The notes: a model not told the origin generated them from the sequence alone. A DNA stretch of 64,000 bases from a bacterium BMS3Bbin08 (GCA_002897775.1 BDTR01000053.1:90160-154159); one strand, 5' to 3'; numbered from the stretch's first letter, positions 19,694 through 29,808 are shown. Numbers and translations are program-made.

Positions 19694-21690
19694 TATCCAG
19701 TATCCGTTGGTCCGGTAAGGACAAGTTCATTTTTGTACTTCGACAGATATTTTTCAGCTTCATCCGCCAGCAGGGGGTTAAGAACAACAGCTTTTCTGTA
19801 TTCTTTAACCGCCCTTGCGATATTTTCTTTTGTGGGGTGATTAAATAACCATATCGCGTACGCGCGGTAGCGATACGCATTTTTTGGCTCAAGACCTATT
19901 GCCCGCTGAAAATGCCGGTGGGCGCTGCCGGCAGCAAGCCGGGAGTAAAAGACAGAGTGATTTTCCGCGTCAGCGACCGCTCCGTACGTCCACGCCAGGG
20001 ACTGATGGTACCTGGAATTGGCAGGGTTTAACCGGACAGCCTCCTTGTACGCATCCAGGATATTTCTATCGGCCATATTATTATTCGCTTTAAACAGTAA
20101 CTTTCCAAGTTGATAGTGGTATTCAGCGTTTATAGGATCAAGTTTAATTGCCAGTCTTGTGCCCCGGATCCCGGACGTCAGGTCCCCCGGAGACAATGTC
20201 TGTTCCCGGGCCCTGGAACTGTTGTAATAATGATCCGCGAGGGCCGGTCTTACCGCAGCCGTAATGAACAGACCCGCAAATAATAATGCCGTGCAGCAGA
20301 GAAGGAGCCTGGCCCCCGCGTTATGTATTGTGTACTTCGCGCCGCGTACAGGAAAAGTACCGCGCTGTTTGTGGTCAAGGGTCGACATGAACAGGGATAA
20401 AATGATCGTAAGCGCGATAGCATTTGAAGGAATGCGCAGGTTGAAATCAACCAGCGAATGGACAAAAATAGCCGTCAGCGAGCCGAAAAAACCTATGGAA
20501 AGGCCTATGACATAAGGGTCACGGCGTCTGTGGAAACGGCGGAACATCCAGAGCCCTGACCACAGGCCGCAGATACCCGGCACGAGAAAGCCCGCGATGC
20601 CGGTCTCGGACAGGAGTTCAAGAAAATCGCTGTGAGCGTGTGCATACTGATAAGCCAGCCTTTCCGGCTCATATCCTGGGAAAATGTAGCCAAACGTCCC
20701 GAACCCTGTTCCTGAAACAGGATAATCTCTTATGATCTCAATTGTTCCCTGCCAGATCGGCAGCCTGCCTCCAAAATAACGCGACGCGATCTCAACCCTG
20801 GTGCTCAGGATCCTTTCAACCACCGGCGTAGCGCCAAGCCAGGCAATGGTCAACACCAGGAGAAGCACGACCGTGGACAAAAGCCACCCTTTTCCCCTTA
20901 TGGACCCTTTGGTCAATGTCAGACCGGCCATAAATAAAAGGGCCGCGATGAAACTGAACATGCCGCCCCGCGACATGGTAAAGAAAAGCGCCGCGCTCAT
21001 TACGATCGCGCAAAAAAGCAGCAGGAACTGTTTAGCGTATATGGCGTCCTGTATGTCGCGTCTCTGATGCCTGACAAACAGAAATCCCAGAATAAGGGGG
21101 ATAATGATCCCCAGGTATCCGGAGTAATGATCTGGATTAATAATGCCGCGCGGCGCGTCCACTCCAAAGTAACGCATCAGAAAAAAAATACTCATTAAAA
21201 ACCCGACAGCTATAATTACCGATAAGATACGGGAGATCTGCCGTCTGCTTTTAACGGTATTGAGTGTAACTGTAAAAATAATGGCATAGGATATGATCTT
21301 AAGAAGATCGGTCCTGGTGGCCCAGGGATAGATCGAGCCAAAGGCCGCGTACCCGGCATTGTTATTTATCGGATACCGTGAAAAAAAGAACTGCATGGAC
21401 ACATAAAAGATAAAAAGACCGAAAAAGACAACCAGAGGATTGCCGGCCATTTCAAATCTGCCGCTTGCCAGCATCCTGACGATCCAGAGCATAAGCATAA
21501 AGGCGGCTGTTACTTCAAAAACCGCGATCGCCCACGGCTGAACAGCGCCGTAGGCGATCGGTGTAAAGACAATAAGAAAGACAAGACAGAACTCAATTAA
21601 TCTGTCATATAATTGAGGCTTCATATGGAACCCCACGGGCAAGCCCGTGGTACCTTTATTACCCGTGTTGCTCATAAGCTCCCGCGTCAT
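19693..21690 (-). CDS. O-antigen ligase family protein with C-terminal TPR repeats
   Basis: INPDHYSGY, TMSRGG, R.PIW, GTGFGTF, HAHSDFLELLSETG, HSLVDFN, TPR-like AIKLDPINAEYH. Confidence 0.87.
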   Translation of the reverse strand: MTRELMSNTGNKGTTGLPVGFHMKPQLYDRLIEFCLVFLIVFTPIAYGAVQPWAIAVFEVTAAFMLMLWIVRMLASGRFEMAGNPLVVFFGLFIFYVSMQFFFSRYPINNNAGYAAFGSIYPWATRTDLLKIISYAIIFTVTLNTVKSRRQISRILSVIIAVGFLMSIFFLMRYFGVDAPRGIINPDHYSGYLGIIIPLILGFLFVRHQRRDIQDAIYAKQFLLLFCAIVMSAALFFTMSRGGMFSFIAALLFMAGLTLTKGSIRGKGWLLSTVVLLLVLTIAWLGATPVVERILSTRVEIASRYFGGRLPIWQGTIEIIRDYPVSGTGFGTFGYIFPGYEPERLAYQYAHAHSDFLELLSETGIAGFLVPGICGLWSGLWMFRRFHRRRDPYVIGLSIGFFGSLTAIFVHSLVDFNLRIPSNAIALTIILSLFMSTLDHKQRGTFPVRGAKYTIHNAGARLLLCCTALLFAGLFITAAVRPALADHYYNSSRAREQTLSPGDLTSGIRGTRLAIKLDPINAEYHYQLGKLLFKANNNMADRNILDAYKEAVRLNPANSRYHQSLAWTYGAVADAENHSVFYSRLAAGSAHRHFQRAIGLEPKNAYRYRAYAIWLFNHPTKENIARAVKEYRKAVVLNPLLADEAEKYLSKYKNELVLTGPTDTG

Positions 21691-21872
21691 TCGCTATTTT
21701 TTTCATCCTCTATTCCGAACAGGGCGTCCAGATCGCTCTTTCTGAACCTACGGTGGCCGCCGGGAGTACGAAAGGCCCTGATCTTTCCTTTTTTCTCCCA
21801 GTTCCTCAACGTCAGGGGGAAAACACCCAGGTACCTGGCGGCTTTGGATATTGACAATATTCTGTCTTTCAG
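21687..21872 (-). CDS. Small MerR/excisionase-type (BldC-like) HTH protein, probable CTG start
   Basis: Not in the ORF track. (M)KDRILSISKAARYLGVFPLTLRNWEKKGKIRAFRTPGGHRRFRKSDLDALFGIEDEKNSE; GAGGG 7 nt before CTG; stop overlaps the next ATG. Confidence 0.85.
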   Translation of the reverse strand: MKDRILSISKAARYLGVFPLTLRNWEKKGKIRAFRTPGGHRRFRKSDLDALFGIEDEKNSE

Positions 21873-21923
21873 CTTATCGCCCTCGCGCTCAACGGCTTAC
21901 AGATATCCCACACCAGAAGACGC

Positions 21924-23759
21924 TTATCTCACCAGACTCCTGTCCCTGACCCCTTCGCCATAGTAGCGGTAGTACTTGTAAGAGTAATAATCACCGTGAT
22001 AGGTTTTCAGATCATTAAGTATGACCCCCAGGAATTTTGTCCCCGCGTTTGCCAGCTTTTCTTTAACTCTTGAGACAACCGGCACAGGGGCATTACCGCT
22101 TCGCACTACCTGGATCGAAGCGTCAACCTTGGCCGCTAAAATAACCGCGTCAGAAACACTGGCAACCGGGGAAGAATCAAAGAGGATATAGTCAAATCTC
22201 TGTTTTGCTTCGCGTATAAATTCTTCCGCCCTGGCGGAACTTATTATTTCCGCCGGATTGCTGGGAACTTTTCCTGAAGTTACGATCTTAAAGTTGTCGA
22301 CGTCCGTGTCCTTGATGGTCAAGGGCAATGATATCTTCCCTTTTAAGTAGTCGCTGAAACCCTGCATTCTGTCCACATTGAATATCTTATGGATCTGTGG
22401 TTTCCTTAGATCGCCGTCAACCATCAGAACTTTATTGCCCATCTGACAAAGAGCCAGGGCCAGGTTTGTGGTTGTTATGGTCTTACCGGCCTTTGGCTCC
22501 GCGCTGGTAACAAGTATGGCCAGACTCCTGTCCTTTGGCATCAAATGGAGAATTTCCGTACGGATGGCCCTGTAAGCTTCGGATATAGGAGAATTGGGCT
22601 GAAGGTGCACCAGTCTGTCCCTTTTTGCCTTGTCACCGCCGGTAATTTTGGGAATACTCCCCAGGAAATAAGACTCAAGAATATCTTTTACGTCCTGCGG
22701 TGATTTTATGGTTGTATCCAGGTAGTCAACAAAAAAGCCTAACCCTGCCCCCATGACCAGGCCCGCCATTACCGAAAGGGCCATGTTCAGTGGTATGTTC
22801 GGCTTGACAGGCCTGTTAGGGACCTGGGCGCTGTCTATGATACTGATATTATTGACGTTCAGGGTGCTTGACAGATCGATCTCTTTCAGCCGTTCCAGAA
22901 GAGATTCATACATATGCTTATTGGCCTGGACCTCCCTTTCAAGGACCCTGAACTCCATTGTTGTGCTGCCTCTGTCAACACCTTCCAGGCCGTCGATCTT
23001 GTTTCTTAATGACCTTATCTGTGCCTTGATCTCGATCACCTTCGGGTGCTCATCGGTGTACCGCTGGGAATAACCGGCAAGCAGCGCCTGCAGTCTGGCA
23101 TATTCAGCTTTTATATCCTCAACCGCGCTCTGCGCTCCTGACTGTGGAAGGATATTGATATTATGCTGCATCCTGTATTTTGCAAGCGCCAGTTCGGCCT
23201 CTTTCAGTTTTTGCCTTTGCTCCTCTATCTTTCGTGTAAGCCATTCGGCGGCATTGCCGGACACGCTTATGTTCCTCTCAAGGTTCTGCCTGATATATTC
23301 CGTGGCAACTGTGTTGGCTATACCGGCCGCCAGCACAGGGTCCGGATCTTCAACGCTTATTCTGACCAACTGGCTTTTTTTGACGGGGATCACGTCAACT
23401 GATCTCATAAGCCTCTCGACCGGGCCGGTCTCCACATCATGGTTATCGCGCGCCAGGCCAAGAGAGTCAGCTACCTTTTTCAGAAGGGTCCGGCTTTTGA
23501 TCAGTTGATATTGCGTCTCGTAGTACTCTTTGTACGAATGGTAGTCATTCAGGCCCATGGGAACAACTTCCTGCATTGACAGGACCTGCGGGGTCCTGCG
23601 CTCTATAAGGATGGTTGCCGACGATTCATAGATCGGTGTCTGTTTGAGCGACCCTATCAGTACACTTACAACAATTACAACAAAAAAAGTGATCACAACC
23701 CATCGCCGGCGCAGGAGTGTCTGCATGTAATCTTGAAGATGCAACTGAGCCTGTATCAT
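21924..23759 (-). CDS. wzc: Polysaccharide co-polymerase/tyrosine autokinase
   Basis: Two TM helices, coiled coil, SEAYRAIRT, variant Walker A (AEPKAGKT), VDGDLRKP, Tyr cluster YHGDYYSYKYYRYY. Confidence 0.92.
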   Translation of the reverse strand: MIQAQLHLQDYMQTLLRRRWVVITFFVVIVVSVLIGSLKQTPIYESSATILIERRTPQVLSMQEVVPMGLNDYHSYKEYYETQYQLIKSRTLLKKVADSLGLARDNHDVETGPVERLMRSVDVIPVKKSQLVRISVEDPDPVLAAGIANTVATEYIRQNLERNISVSGNAAEWLTRKIEEQRQKLKEAELALAKYRMQHNINILPQSGAQSAVEDIKAEYARLQALLAGYSQRYTDEHPKVIEIKAQIRSLRNKIDGLEGVDRGSTTMEFRVLEREVQANKHMYESLLERLKEIDLSSTLNVNNISIIDSAQVPNRPVKPNIPLNMALSVMAGLVMGAGLGFFVDYLDTTIKSPQDVKDILESYFLGSIPKITGGDKAKRDRLVHLQPNSPISEAYRAIRTEILHLMPKDRSLAILVTSAEPKAGKTITTTNLALALCQMGNKVLMVDGDLRKPQIHKIFNVDRMQGFSDYLKGKISLPLTIKDTDVDNFKIVTSGKVPSNPAEIISSARAEEFIREAKQRFDYILFDSSPVASVSDAVILAAKVDASIQVVRSGNAPVPVVSRVKEKLANAGTKFLGVILNDLKTYHGDYYSYKYYRYYGEGVRDRSLVR

Positions 23760-23778
23760 CCTGTCCCTCCTTAAATAA

Positions 23779-23838
23779 CACAGATGATCGCCGTTATCTG
23801 TGTCAATCTGTATTTTTTAATCTGTGCTAATCTGCGTT
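23779..23838. repeat. ATCTG(T/C)G ~10-nt repeat tract, same family as 18939-19005
   Basis: atctgtgtca-atctgtattttttaa-tctgtgcta-atctgcgttc. Confidence 0.6.
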
Positions 23839-23903
23839 CTTTTTAAGCGGTTTTATCAGTAAATATCAGGATTTGAATTTTTTCAAAAAAAATAAAAAAG
23901 ATC

Positions 23904-24710
23904 TTAAAACAGGCTCTCAGGCACAAAAATAGTATCGCCGCGCCTAAGGGTCACATCCATTGTTTTATCGCCCAGTTCGTTTATTTTAGCTACTTTTACC
24001 CTGAGGGTTTTTTTTTCACCGTTTTCTATGCGCATAACTTTGACCTTGTTCCTGGAGGCAAACTTTGTGAATCCCCCTGCCATGCCTATTGCCTCGATCA
24101 CAGTGAGCCCGCCTTTCAGAGGATAAGATCCGGGGTTTTTGACCTGACCGGTCACTGTAATAGTGCTCTCAGGCACAAAAACTATGTCACCCCGTTTCAG
24201 TGAAACGTCCTTCGACTTATCCCCTCTCTCGCTTATATCCGCTATCCTCACTTCAAGGGTTTTTTCTTTGCCGTTCTCCGTACGCATTACTTTGACGTCG
24301 TTTTGAGCGGCAGTCTCGGTAAATCCCTCTGCCCGGCCGATCGCCTCAATTACTGTAAGCTCTCCTTTTAACGGATAAGCGCCTGGTTTTTTCACCTGAC
24401 CGATCACTGTAATAGTGCCGTACTCCGTTATCAGAACAGTTACCTGGGGGTTCTTAAGAAATTTTTTTAATCCCTCGGCCATAGTATTTTCCAGCTCTGA
24501 GATAGTAAGACCCTCAGCCCTGATCTTTCCCAGGAGCGGAAATGAGATAAATCCGCCAGAAGAGACTCTTACCGTTCTGTCAAGCTCCACTTCCCTGTAA
24601 ACAGTGATCTGCAGGGCGTCATCCGGGCCAAAAAGATAATCCTGGGCATAAACAACGGTCAGCAGACCGCAGACCACGGATAGCAAACAGTACAGTAAGA
24701 ATTTTTTCAT
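23904..24710 (-). CDS. wza: Polysaccharide export protein (Poly_export plus two SLBB domains)
   Basis: DYLFGPDDALQITV, ISFPLLGKI, two GQVK.PG.YP...D..L.RGD.(V/I)FVPES repeats. Confidence 0.85.
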   Translation of the reverse strand: MKKFLLYCLLSVVCGLLTVVYAQDYLFGPDDALQITVYREVELDRTVRVSSGGFISFPLLGKIRAEGLTISELENTMAEGLKKFLKNPQVTVLITEYGTITVIGQVKKPGAYPLKGELTVIEAIGRAEGFTETAAQNDVKVMRTENGKEKTLEVRIADISERGDKSKDVSLKRGDIVFVPESTITVTGQVKNPGSYPLKGGLTVIEAIGMAGGFTKFASRNKVKVMRIENGEKKTLRVKVAKINELGDKTMDVTLRRGDTIFVPESLF

Positions 24711-24844
24711 TTACCCCCCCAATAAAAAAAGTACAAGCAGAGATGAAAGATATTGATAGACAATATTTAATATCCTGAATACTAGATTTCGGACTTTTTT
24801 CTCTCTACCCTCTACTCGCTACTCTCTATTAATCTGTGTTTCTC

Positions 24845-26044
24845 TCAGAATATGAACGATATTTCAGCTGAAACAATATGATCCGTATAGTCAAACGCCG
24901 CAAAATTCGAATCGCGTTCCTTGAACTCATAATCCGCGCTTATGAAACACCACCTTTTGATCTCGTACTTCATCCCGGCGTTCAGGCCCCACAGGTCGTC
25001 CCTTCTTTTTCTGACCGCAGAGCTTTCAGTAGTAGCGTCAGGATACCGGTTCCGCCCGTAAAAACCTCCTCCGTTAAGCCAGAAACGCTCCAGCAGCTGA
25101 TGGTCGAGCGCTATCTTCACGATATTAGCTTCGTAATAGCTGTTCGTTGAATAGGAGGATTCTTCCGAGGTCATCTCTGCCGACAGGTTTATAACGGTTC
25201 TTTCTGTCGCGTTATATATGATGTTTCCGAGCAGGGTAAAACCTGAGAAATCTTCTTTATTGTTCGCGTCATAGCCTACAGTCCGGTAACCGGCCTTCAC
25301 TATACCCTTCACTTTAGGCAGAAGATTTCCTTCCAGGCCCAGTCGCGCCTGATGGTATTCCGAATTACTGTTCGTCCGGTTGGTATCGTATGAAATGAAC
25401 CCGTAGTTATACTCCGCAAAAACCGCTGTCTTGGGGGCAAGCTGGTAAAACAGGGCGCCTGTGAACATGTTGTCCGTCCTGTCCAGATTCTCAAGATCAT
25501 CGTAATCATCTCTTATCGCCCTGTAGCCGCCCATAATTCTTATCTTTTCTCTGTCATAAGATAGAGATGTATCAATCGTATTTCTAAATCTCTTGTCAAG
25601 ATCGGCCCTTTCAGAATCCTGCGGGTCTTCGGTCCTGTCAAAATTGTCTTCTATCATCAGCCTGAAATCATTGGTAAAAGAAAGGTCCAGCAGGCCGCTT
25701 GCAGAATGATCGACCCTGTCCCGCTCATCATGGTCCCAGAACCTGACCACATCCGCTTCATAAGAGAGCTCCATCATAAAATCTTCTTCCCTCTGAGGAG
25801 CAAGGGGCGCGTTGATTTTCATGCCCAGCCTGAAATCAGTAATAAAATCCTCATCCTCCCGGCCTGAAGGCTCAAGGGATATGTTGGTATCATAGGTCTG
25901 CTCCACAGAAGCAAACGGATGGAACTCGATGGCGCCTATGTGCATATTGGATTCCTCCCCGGAAGACGCCCTTCCGGCAAAAGTCAACACGAACACCGCC
26001 GCTAATATACAGCTGAAAAGGTTTTTTGGATGCGATAGTGACAT
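24845..26044 (-). CDS. EPS-associated outer-membrane beta-barrel protein
   Basis: Signal peptide, amphipathic beta strands, YDTNI, ERDSN, C-terminal Phe; adjacent to wza. Confidence 0.8.
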   Translation of the reverse strand: MSLSHPKNLFSCILAAVFVLTFAGRASSGEESNMHIGAIEFHPFASVEQTYDTNISLEPSGREDEDFITDFRLGMKINAPLAPQREEDFMMELSYEADVVRFWDHDERDRVDHSASGLLDLSFTNDFRLMIEDNFDRTEDPQDSERADLDKRFRNTIDTSLSYDREKIRIMGGYRAIRDDYDDLENLDRTDNMFTGALFYQLAPKTAVFAEYNYGFISYDTNRTNSNSEYHQARLGLEGNLLPKVKGIVKAGYRTVGYDANNKEDFSGFTLLGNIIYNATERTVINLSAEMTSEESSYSTNSYYEANIVKIALDHQLLERFWLNGGGFYGRNRYPDATTESSAVRKRRDDLWGLNAGMKYEIKRWCFISADYEFKERDSNFAAFDYTDHIVSAEISFIF

Positions 26045-26060
26045 AATGTCCTCCTTTAGC

Positions 26061-26106
26061 CCGTTAGAGAGAAAGTTCCGCCATTTTCATCCGAACATTC
26101 TAACGG
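26061..26106. repeat. Degenerate CCGTTAGA...TCTAACGG palindromic element
   Basis: 8-bp terminal inverted repeats matching the element family. Confidence 0.6.
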
Positions 26107-26111
26107 TGTTA

Positions 26112-26855
26112 TTACGGCATAAACGGGCTTCCTTCCCGCCTTTCAGGTTCCGCGGGCTCTTCCGGCAGAAAACCTACCGGTTCTCCTCCCGGGAAAGTCT
26201 GTATTTCACCAACCACATAACCTGAAACTTCAATCTCGTCCCCTTCAGCCAGCTGTGTGACTTTTCCATCCAGAGACACTACTTCTACAGTCCCGCCCAT
26301 GGATTCAATATGGACCATTCTCGTTCCGGGATCCGCGCTTATCCATGCCGTTGCACCCTCAGGAATAAAAACCCTTATCCCCACTGTTACGGTCCCAATC
26401 AGGCCCTTTATACTCCTGACCTCTGCTATCCCTGTTATACGGTCCAGCTTGACCCTGGCACGCTGAGCAGTTCCGACCGTTATTGAGGTATTGCCAGCGG
26501 TGATCCCTATTTCACCAGCTTCTACGCTGAATTCCGACGTCCCTGACCTGTTATCCACAATAACGGTCACGCTGACCCCGGCTTCCACAATAGCCGTTGA
26601 ATTACCCGCGGCGACCCGGATGAAACCTTCAGCAGGCGCAATATCCATGCTCCCGCCTAAAACCTCTATAATGGCGCCGGATGGAATTTCAGGAAATTCC
26701 TCATCTTTCCCAATATTCAATACCGCTCCGTCCGGCTTTGTGATCCTGACCGCCCCTGTCCGGTTCGTGATGATTCTCTCCGCGTACGCGGCTTCAAGAA
26801 ACACCGTCATAATAAGAAATATAAAAAACGCCCCTGTAAATGCTCTTGTTCTCAT
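26112..26855 (-). CDS. Exported beta-rich protein with FecR-like repeats (paralog of 38459..39229)
   Basis: Signal peptide ending AYA; roughly 37-aa beta repeats; shares ITKPDG and TGIAEVRSIKG with the paralog; acidic Pro-rich tail. Confidence 0.65.
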   Translation of the reverse strand: MRTRAFTGAFFIFLIMTVFLEAAYAERIITNRTGAVRITKPDGAVLNIGKDEEFPEIPSGAIIEVLGGSMDIAPAEGFIRVAAGNSTAIVEAGVSVTVIVDNRSGTSEFSVEAGEIGITAGNTSITVGTAQRARVKLDRITGIAEVRSIKGLIGTVTVGIRVFIPEGATAWISADPGTRMVHIESMGGTVEVVSLDGKVTQLAEGDEIEVSGYVVGEIQTFPGGEPVGFLPEEPAEPERREGSPFMP

Positions 26856-26884
26856 GTCTTTGTCCCCCCGATTTTGTTTGTGGT

Positions 26885-27460
26885 TTATGGTTTACTGTTT
26901 ACCAGTTGCGGTCTGATTTTCTCTGAATACGTTACTGCCCGTTCGGTTTCATCCTCAATGCTTTCCAGGTCAAACCATGTTTTTACCCTGAGATAAACAT
27001 CTTTCAGATCAAAAGGTTTTCTGATAACATCAATGGCGCCTGTTAAATATGGATCATTCTCCTTCTCCTGAAATTCATAACCGGTCATAATAATTATTCC
27101 CGTGTTTGGAAACAGTTTTAGCGCGAGTTCTTTCCGGCGTTTAAGCATTAATTTTTTGCAGGTCTCAATACCGTCCAGACCGGGCATTTTAATATCCAGA
27201 AATATCAGGTCCAGCACATGAGTCGCGGCAAAGGAGATCGCGCTTTTCCCATCCCGTACTGCCGCTGTTGTAAATCCTCTTTTCTCCAGAAAAGAACACA
27301 GGACATCTCTGACCGCCTCATCATCATCCACAATTAAAATATGTTTTGATCCTGACCTGTCTTTCTGATTCAGTTTTTGAATGTTCTGATGAAGGGTCAT
27401 AAGGCCTTCACAGAGTGTCTCGATATCAAGCCCTTCGTTACCTGTCAAAAGATTCTCCAT
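26885..27460 (-). CDS. Receiver-domain protein with N-terminal extension and conserved W..YSEK tail
   Basis: VDDD, FLDIKMPG, MTG, KPF; tail WFDLESIEDETERAVTYSEKI. Confidence 0.88.
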   Translation of the reverse strand: MENLLTGNEGLDIETLCEGLMTLHQNIQKLNQKDRSGSKHILIVDDDEAVRDVLCSFLEKRGFTTAAVRDGKSAISFAATHVLDLIFLDIKMPGLDGIETCKKLMLKRRKELALKLFPNTGIIIMTGYEFQEKENDPYLTGAIDVIRKPFDLKDVYLRVKTWFDLESIEDETERAVTYSEKIRPQLVNSKP

Positions 27461-27598
27461 TTGGTATGAGATCCTGAATTTACCTTTTTAAACTTCCCGA
27501 AATGAGTCTGCGAAAATGATGGCGCTCAATATAATAAAAAACAATACTCCAAGTAAATTCAAAGTGACTATATGAGATGCGATAATATCTTATATGAT

Positions 27599-27627
27599 AA
27601 TATATCCTAATTTTATATCGCTGTCAA
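27599..27627 (-). promoter_or_regulatory. Sigma70-type promoter heading the REC-FecR-like-EPS operon
   Basis: TTGACA-N17-TATATT on the minus strand in an AT-rich intergenic region. Confidence 0.7.
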
Positions 27628-27860
27628 GTGCAATTTTATAATATTTTATAAAACTATACTAGTTATTCCCGGCGAACATTTGGAAAAGCCATGTGTTTGT
27701 TATGTTTTGCCGGCCAGACCGCGACCAGAGCCAAAAAGTAGGTAAATTTTCTTTTTAAAATTAAGAGGTTAATCGAAGGAAACCGTATATTGAGGCCTTG
27801 ATCCGGCGAAAGACCACCTGTAGCCGTGACTATGGCCGGTACATTATATATAGGGCGCGG

Positions 27861-28442
27861 TCAGGCCGGCTTCTTAAATTTGAACCTGGACAAATTATTT
27901 TTAAAACTTTTACTCAGGTACTCAAGCTCTTTCATGTCCTTCTCATGATAAAAAGCTGAATCCGACACATGGCTTATCTCTTTTTGTATGCCGTGTAAGG
28001 AAGTGACCATATGATGCAGTTTTCTTCTTGCCGCCTCGAGTTTTTCATTAAGACTGTTATGTCTTTCTTCCGGCACAGGGACCATCAGGTCTCCTTTGCC
28101 GATCCTTTCCATGGCTGTACTAAAAGTCATAAACCTGAGCGAGAGCTGTCTGAAAATAACGCCGGTAAGTACGGCAGCAGCCGGGACCAGCAAAAGTACG
28201 AAAATAAAAGTGGTCTTAAAAAAAACAGGGAATATAACATCCCTGGGGTCCGCGGGCATGAAGTGGGTCATAAAAAGGTGGGCTTTAACTGCCTTTACCC
28301 CGAAGTACCAGTAGCTCACAACAACTCCTGTGCCCACAATAAGTCCGAGAACAAGAAAAGCGAGGGCAAAGTTTCTCTGAAACCTTTTTTTTACTATGTA
28401 TTGTTTTCTTCTGTCCGGTATTTGTTTTTTTTCTGTATCCAT
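27861..28442 (-). CDS. Small 2-TM HAMP-domain membrane protein (truncated MCP-like)
   Basis: RRKQYIVKKRFQ N-terminus, two TM helices, MERIGKGDL HAMP; start moved to MDTEKK. Confidence 0.7.
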   Translation of the reverse strand: MDTEKKQIPDRRKQYIVKKRFQRNFALAFLVLGLIVGTGVVVSYWYFGVKAVKAHLFMTHFMPADPRDVIFPVFFKTTFIFVLLLVPAAAVLTGVIFRQLSLRFMTFSTAMERIGKGDLMVPVPEERHNSLNEKLEAARRKLHHMVTSLHGIQKEISHVSDSAFYHEKDMKELEYLSKSFKNNLSRFKFKKPA

Positions 28443-28464
28443 TATTTTTCCCCGGCTATTGGGT

Positions 28465-29244
28465 CTATTTCCTGTGGCAGGCGAGGCAAAGCGCGCTGCC
28501 CTCATTGCTGATAGCCAGCTGATAAGGTTCCTTCGAATAGGTGTTATGGCAGCTGCCGCAGCCGACCTTCCCGTTAAAAAGCCTTATGTTCTTTGCCAGC
28601 TTCGAAGGATGTGTATATCCCCCTTTTGCGTAAGCCTCCATAAAATCGACTCCGATCGGATGCTTGCCGCCATGCTCATTAATATATGCGCCCCTTCCCA
28701 GCCCGACACTGATATCATCGGCTATAGAACTGTCATGACAGCTCATGCACTGCATGGACAGGTTATCTATTGATATGCTTTCATCAATGATCACATACCT
28801 GCCGGAGGAGTGCGCGGTCTCCCCGGCGTCAGCGTGCAGATTTTCTATGTTTTCTCCGTGGCATAAGAAGCAGAATATCCTGCCTGATTCTTTCCAGTTC
28901 AATAAATACGGCCCTTCTCCGTGAATGCCGTGACATGTCGCGCAGGTAAGTCTGCCGGCGCTGTCCAGAGGAAAACCTTTCGGCATTTCCATGGCCGGCC
29001 TCATGCCGGTGGGATGGGACAGACCAAGGTCGCTGTGACATTCCTTGCATAGAGAATCAATATCTTTCAGGAAAATATCCTCAAATACATTTTTATCCTC
29101 ATCTACCAGGTGGCACATATTACACCTGTCCCCGAAATTATGGACCTCCAGCTCAGCAAGTGAAAAAAAAACCGACCCCGGAATAAGGAAGGCTATAATG
29201 AATATGCTAAATCTTAAATTTCCTGATCTCTTTACCCACGTCAT
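28465..29244 (-). CDS. Multiheme cytochrome c (7 CxxCH, doubled-CXXCH type)
   Basis: CNMCH, CKECH, CATCH, CFLCH, CMSCH, CGSCH, CLACH; N-terminal signal/TM. Confidence 0.9.
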   Translation of the reverse strand: MTWVKRSGNLRFSIFIIAFLIPGSVFFSLAELEVHNFGDRCNMCHLVDEDKNVFEDIFLKDIDSLCKECHSDLGLSHPTGMRPAMEMPKGFPLDSAGRLTCATCHGIHGEGPYLLNWKESGRIFCFLCHGENIENLHADAGETAHSSGRYVIIDESISIDNLSMQCMSCHDSSIADDISVGLGRGAYINEHGGKHPIGVDFMEAYAKGGYTHPSKLAKNIRLFNGKVGCGSCHNTYSKEPYQLAISNEGSALCLACHRK

Positions 29245-29740
29245 CTACTTTTCCCCTGAAGTCTTCAATGGACCTGTCGCTCCCATCCAGTCTGTTCCTT
29301 GCCTGTTCCATACCGTCATACGCCCTGTCAATGAGTTCGAACCTCCGGTTAAATCCTTTAAGGGCGTTGTTGAAGGTCAGTTCAACATCCTTCAGGGGAT
29401 CATAGCTCCTGAACCTCAACTTCTGTGAGAGGTCTCCTTTTGCGAGATCTACCAGGATATTTTCGAGCTTGTAGATCGGGCCCGCTATCTTATGGGAAGA
29501 GAGAATGGAAATGAATATTACGACCGCCGTAATATAAATGACCTCGACTATGCCGGCAAGTATGAAAATATTGATAAGAACATTTTTCGTTTTCGTCAGC
29601 GCGGAAATAGATTCGAAGTAATACTGGACATTCACACGGGGCAGCATAAAATAAACAACCGTCAGGGCTATTACAAAACCAACAGTGATCGTTCCTGTCA
29701 GTTTAAAAAGGAATCTCGATGTAAAGCTCTTTTCTATCAT
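29207..29740 (-). CDS. Small 2-TM HAMP-domain membrane protein
   Basis: Two TM helices, SHKIAGP...LAKGDL...LRFRSYD HAMP. Confidence 0.75.
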   Translation of the reverse strand: MIEKSFTSRFLFKLTGTITVGFVIALTVVYFMLPRVNVQYYFESISALTKTKNVLINIFILAGIVEVIYITAVVIFISILSSHKIAGPIYKLENILVDLAKGDLSQKLRFRSYDPLKDVELTFNNALKGFNRRFELIDRAYDGMEQARNRLDGSDRSIEDFRGKVDDVGKEIRKFKI

Positions 29741-29808
29741 TTACGCGCGGGAATATGAATGCACTGATAAGGGTCCTGAGACCTGCAGGATTATTGGCGG
29801 CGTCCTTT

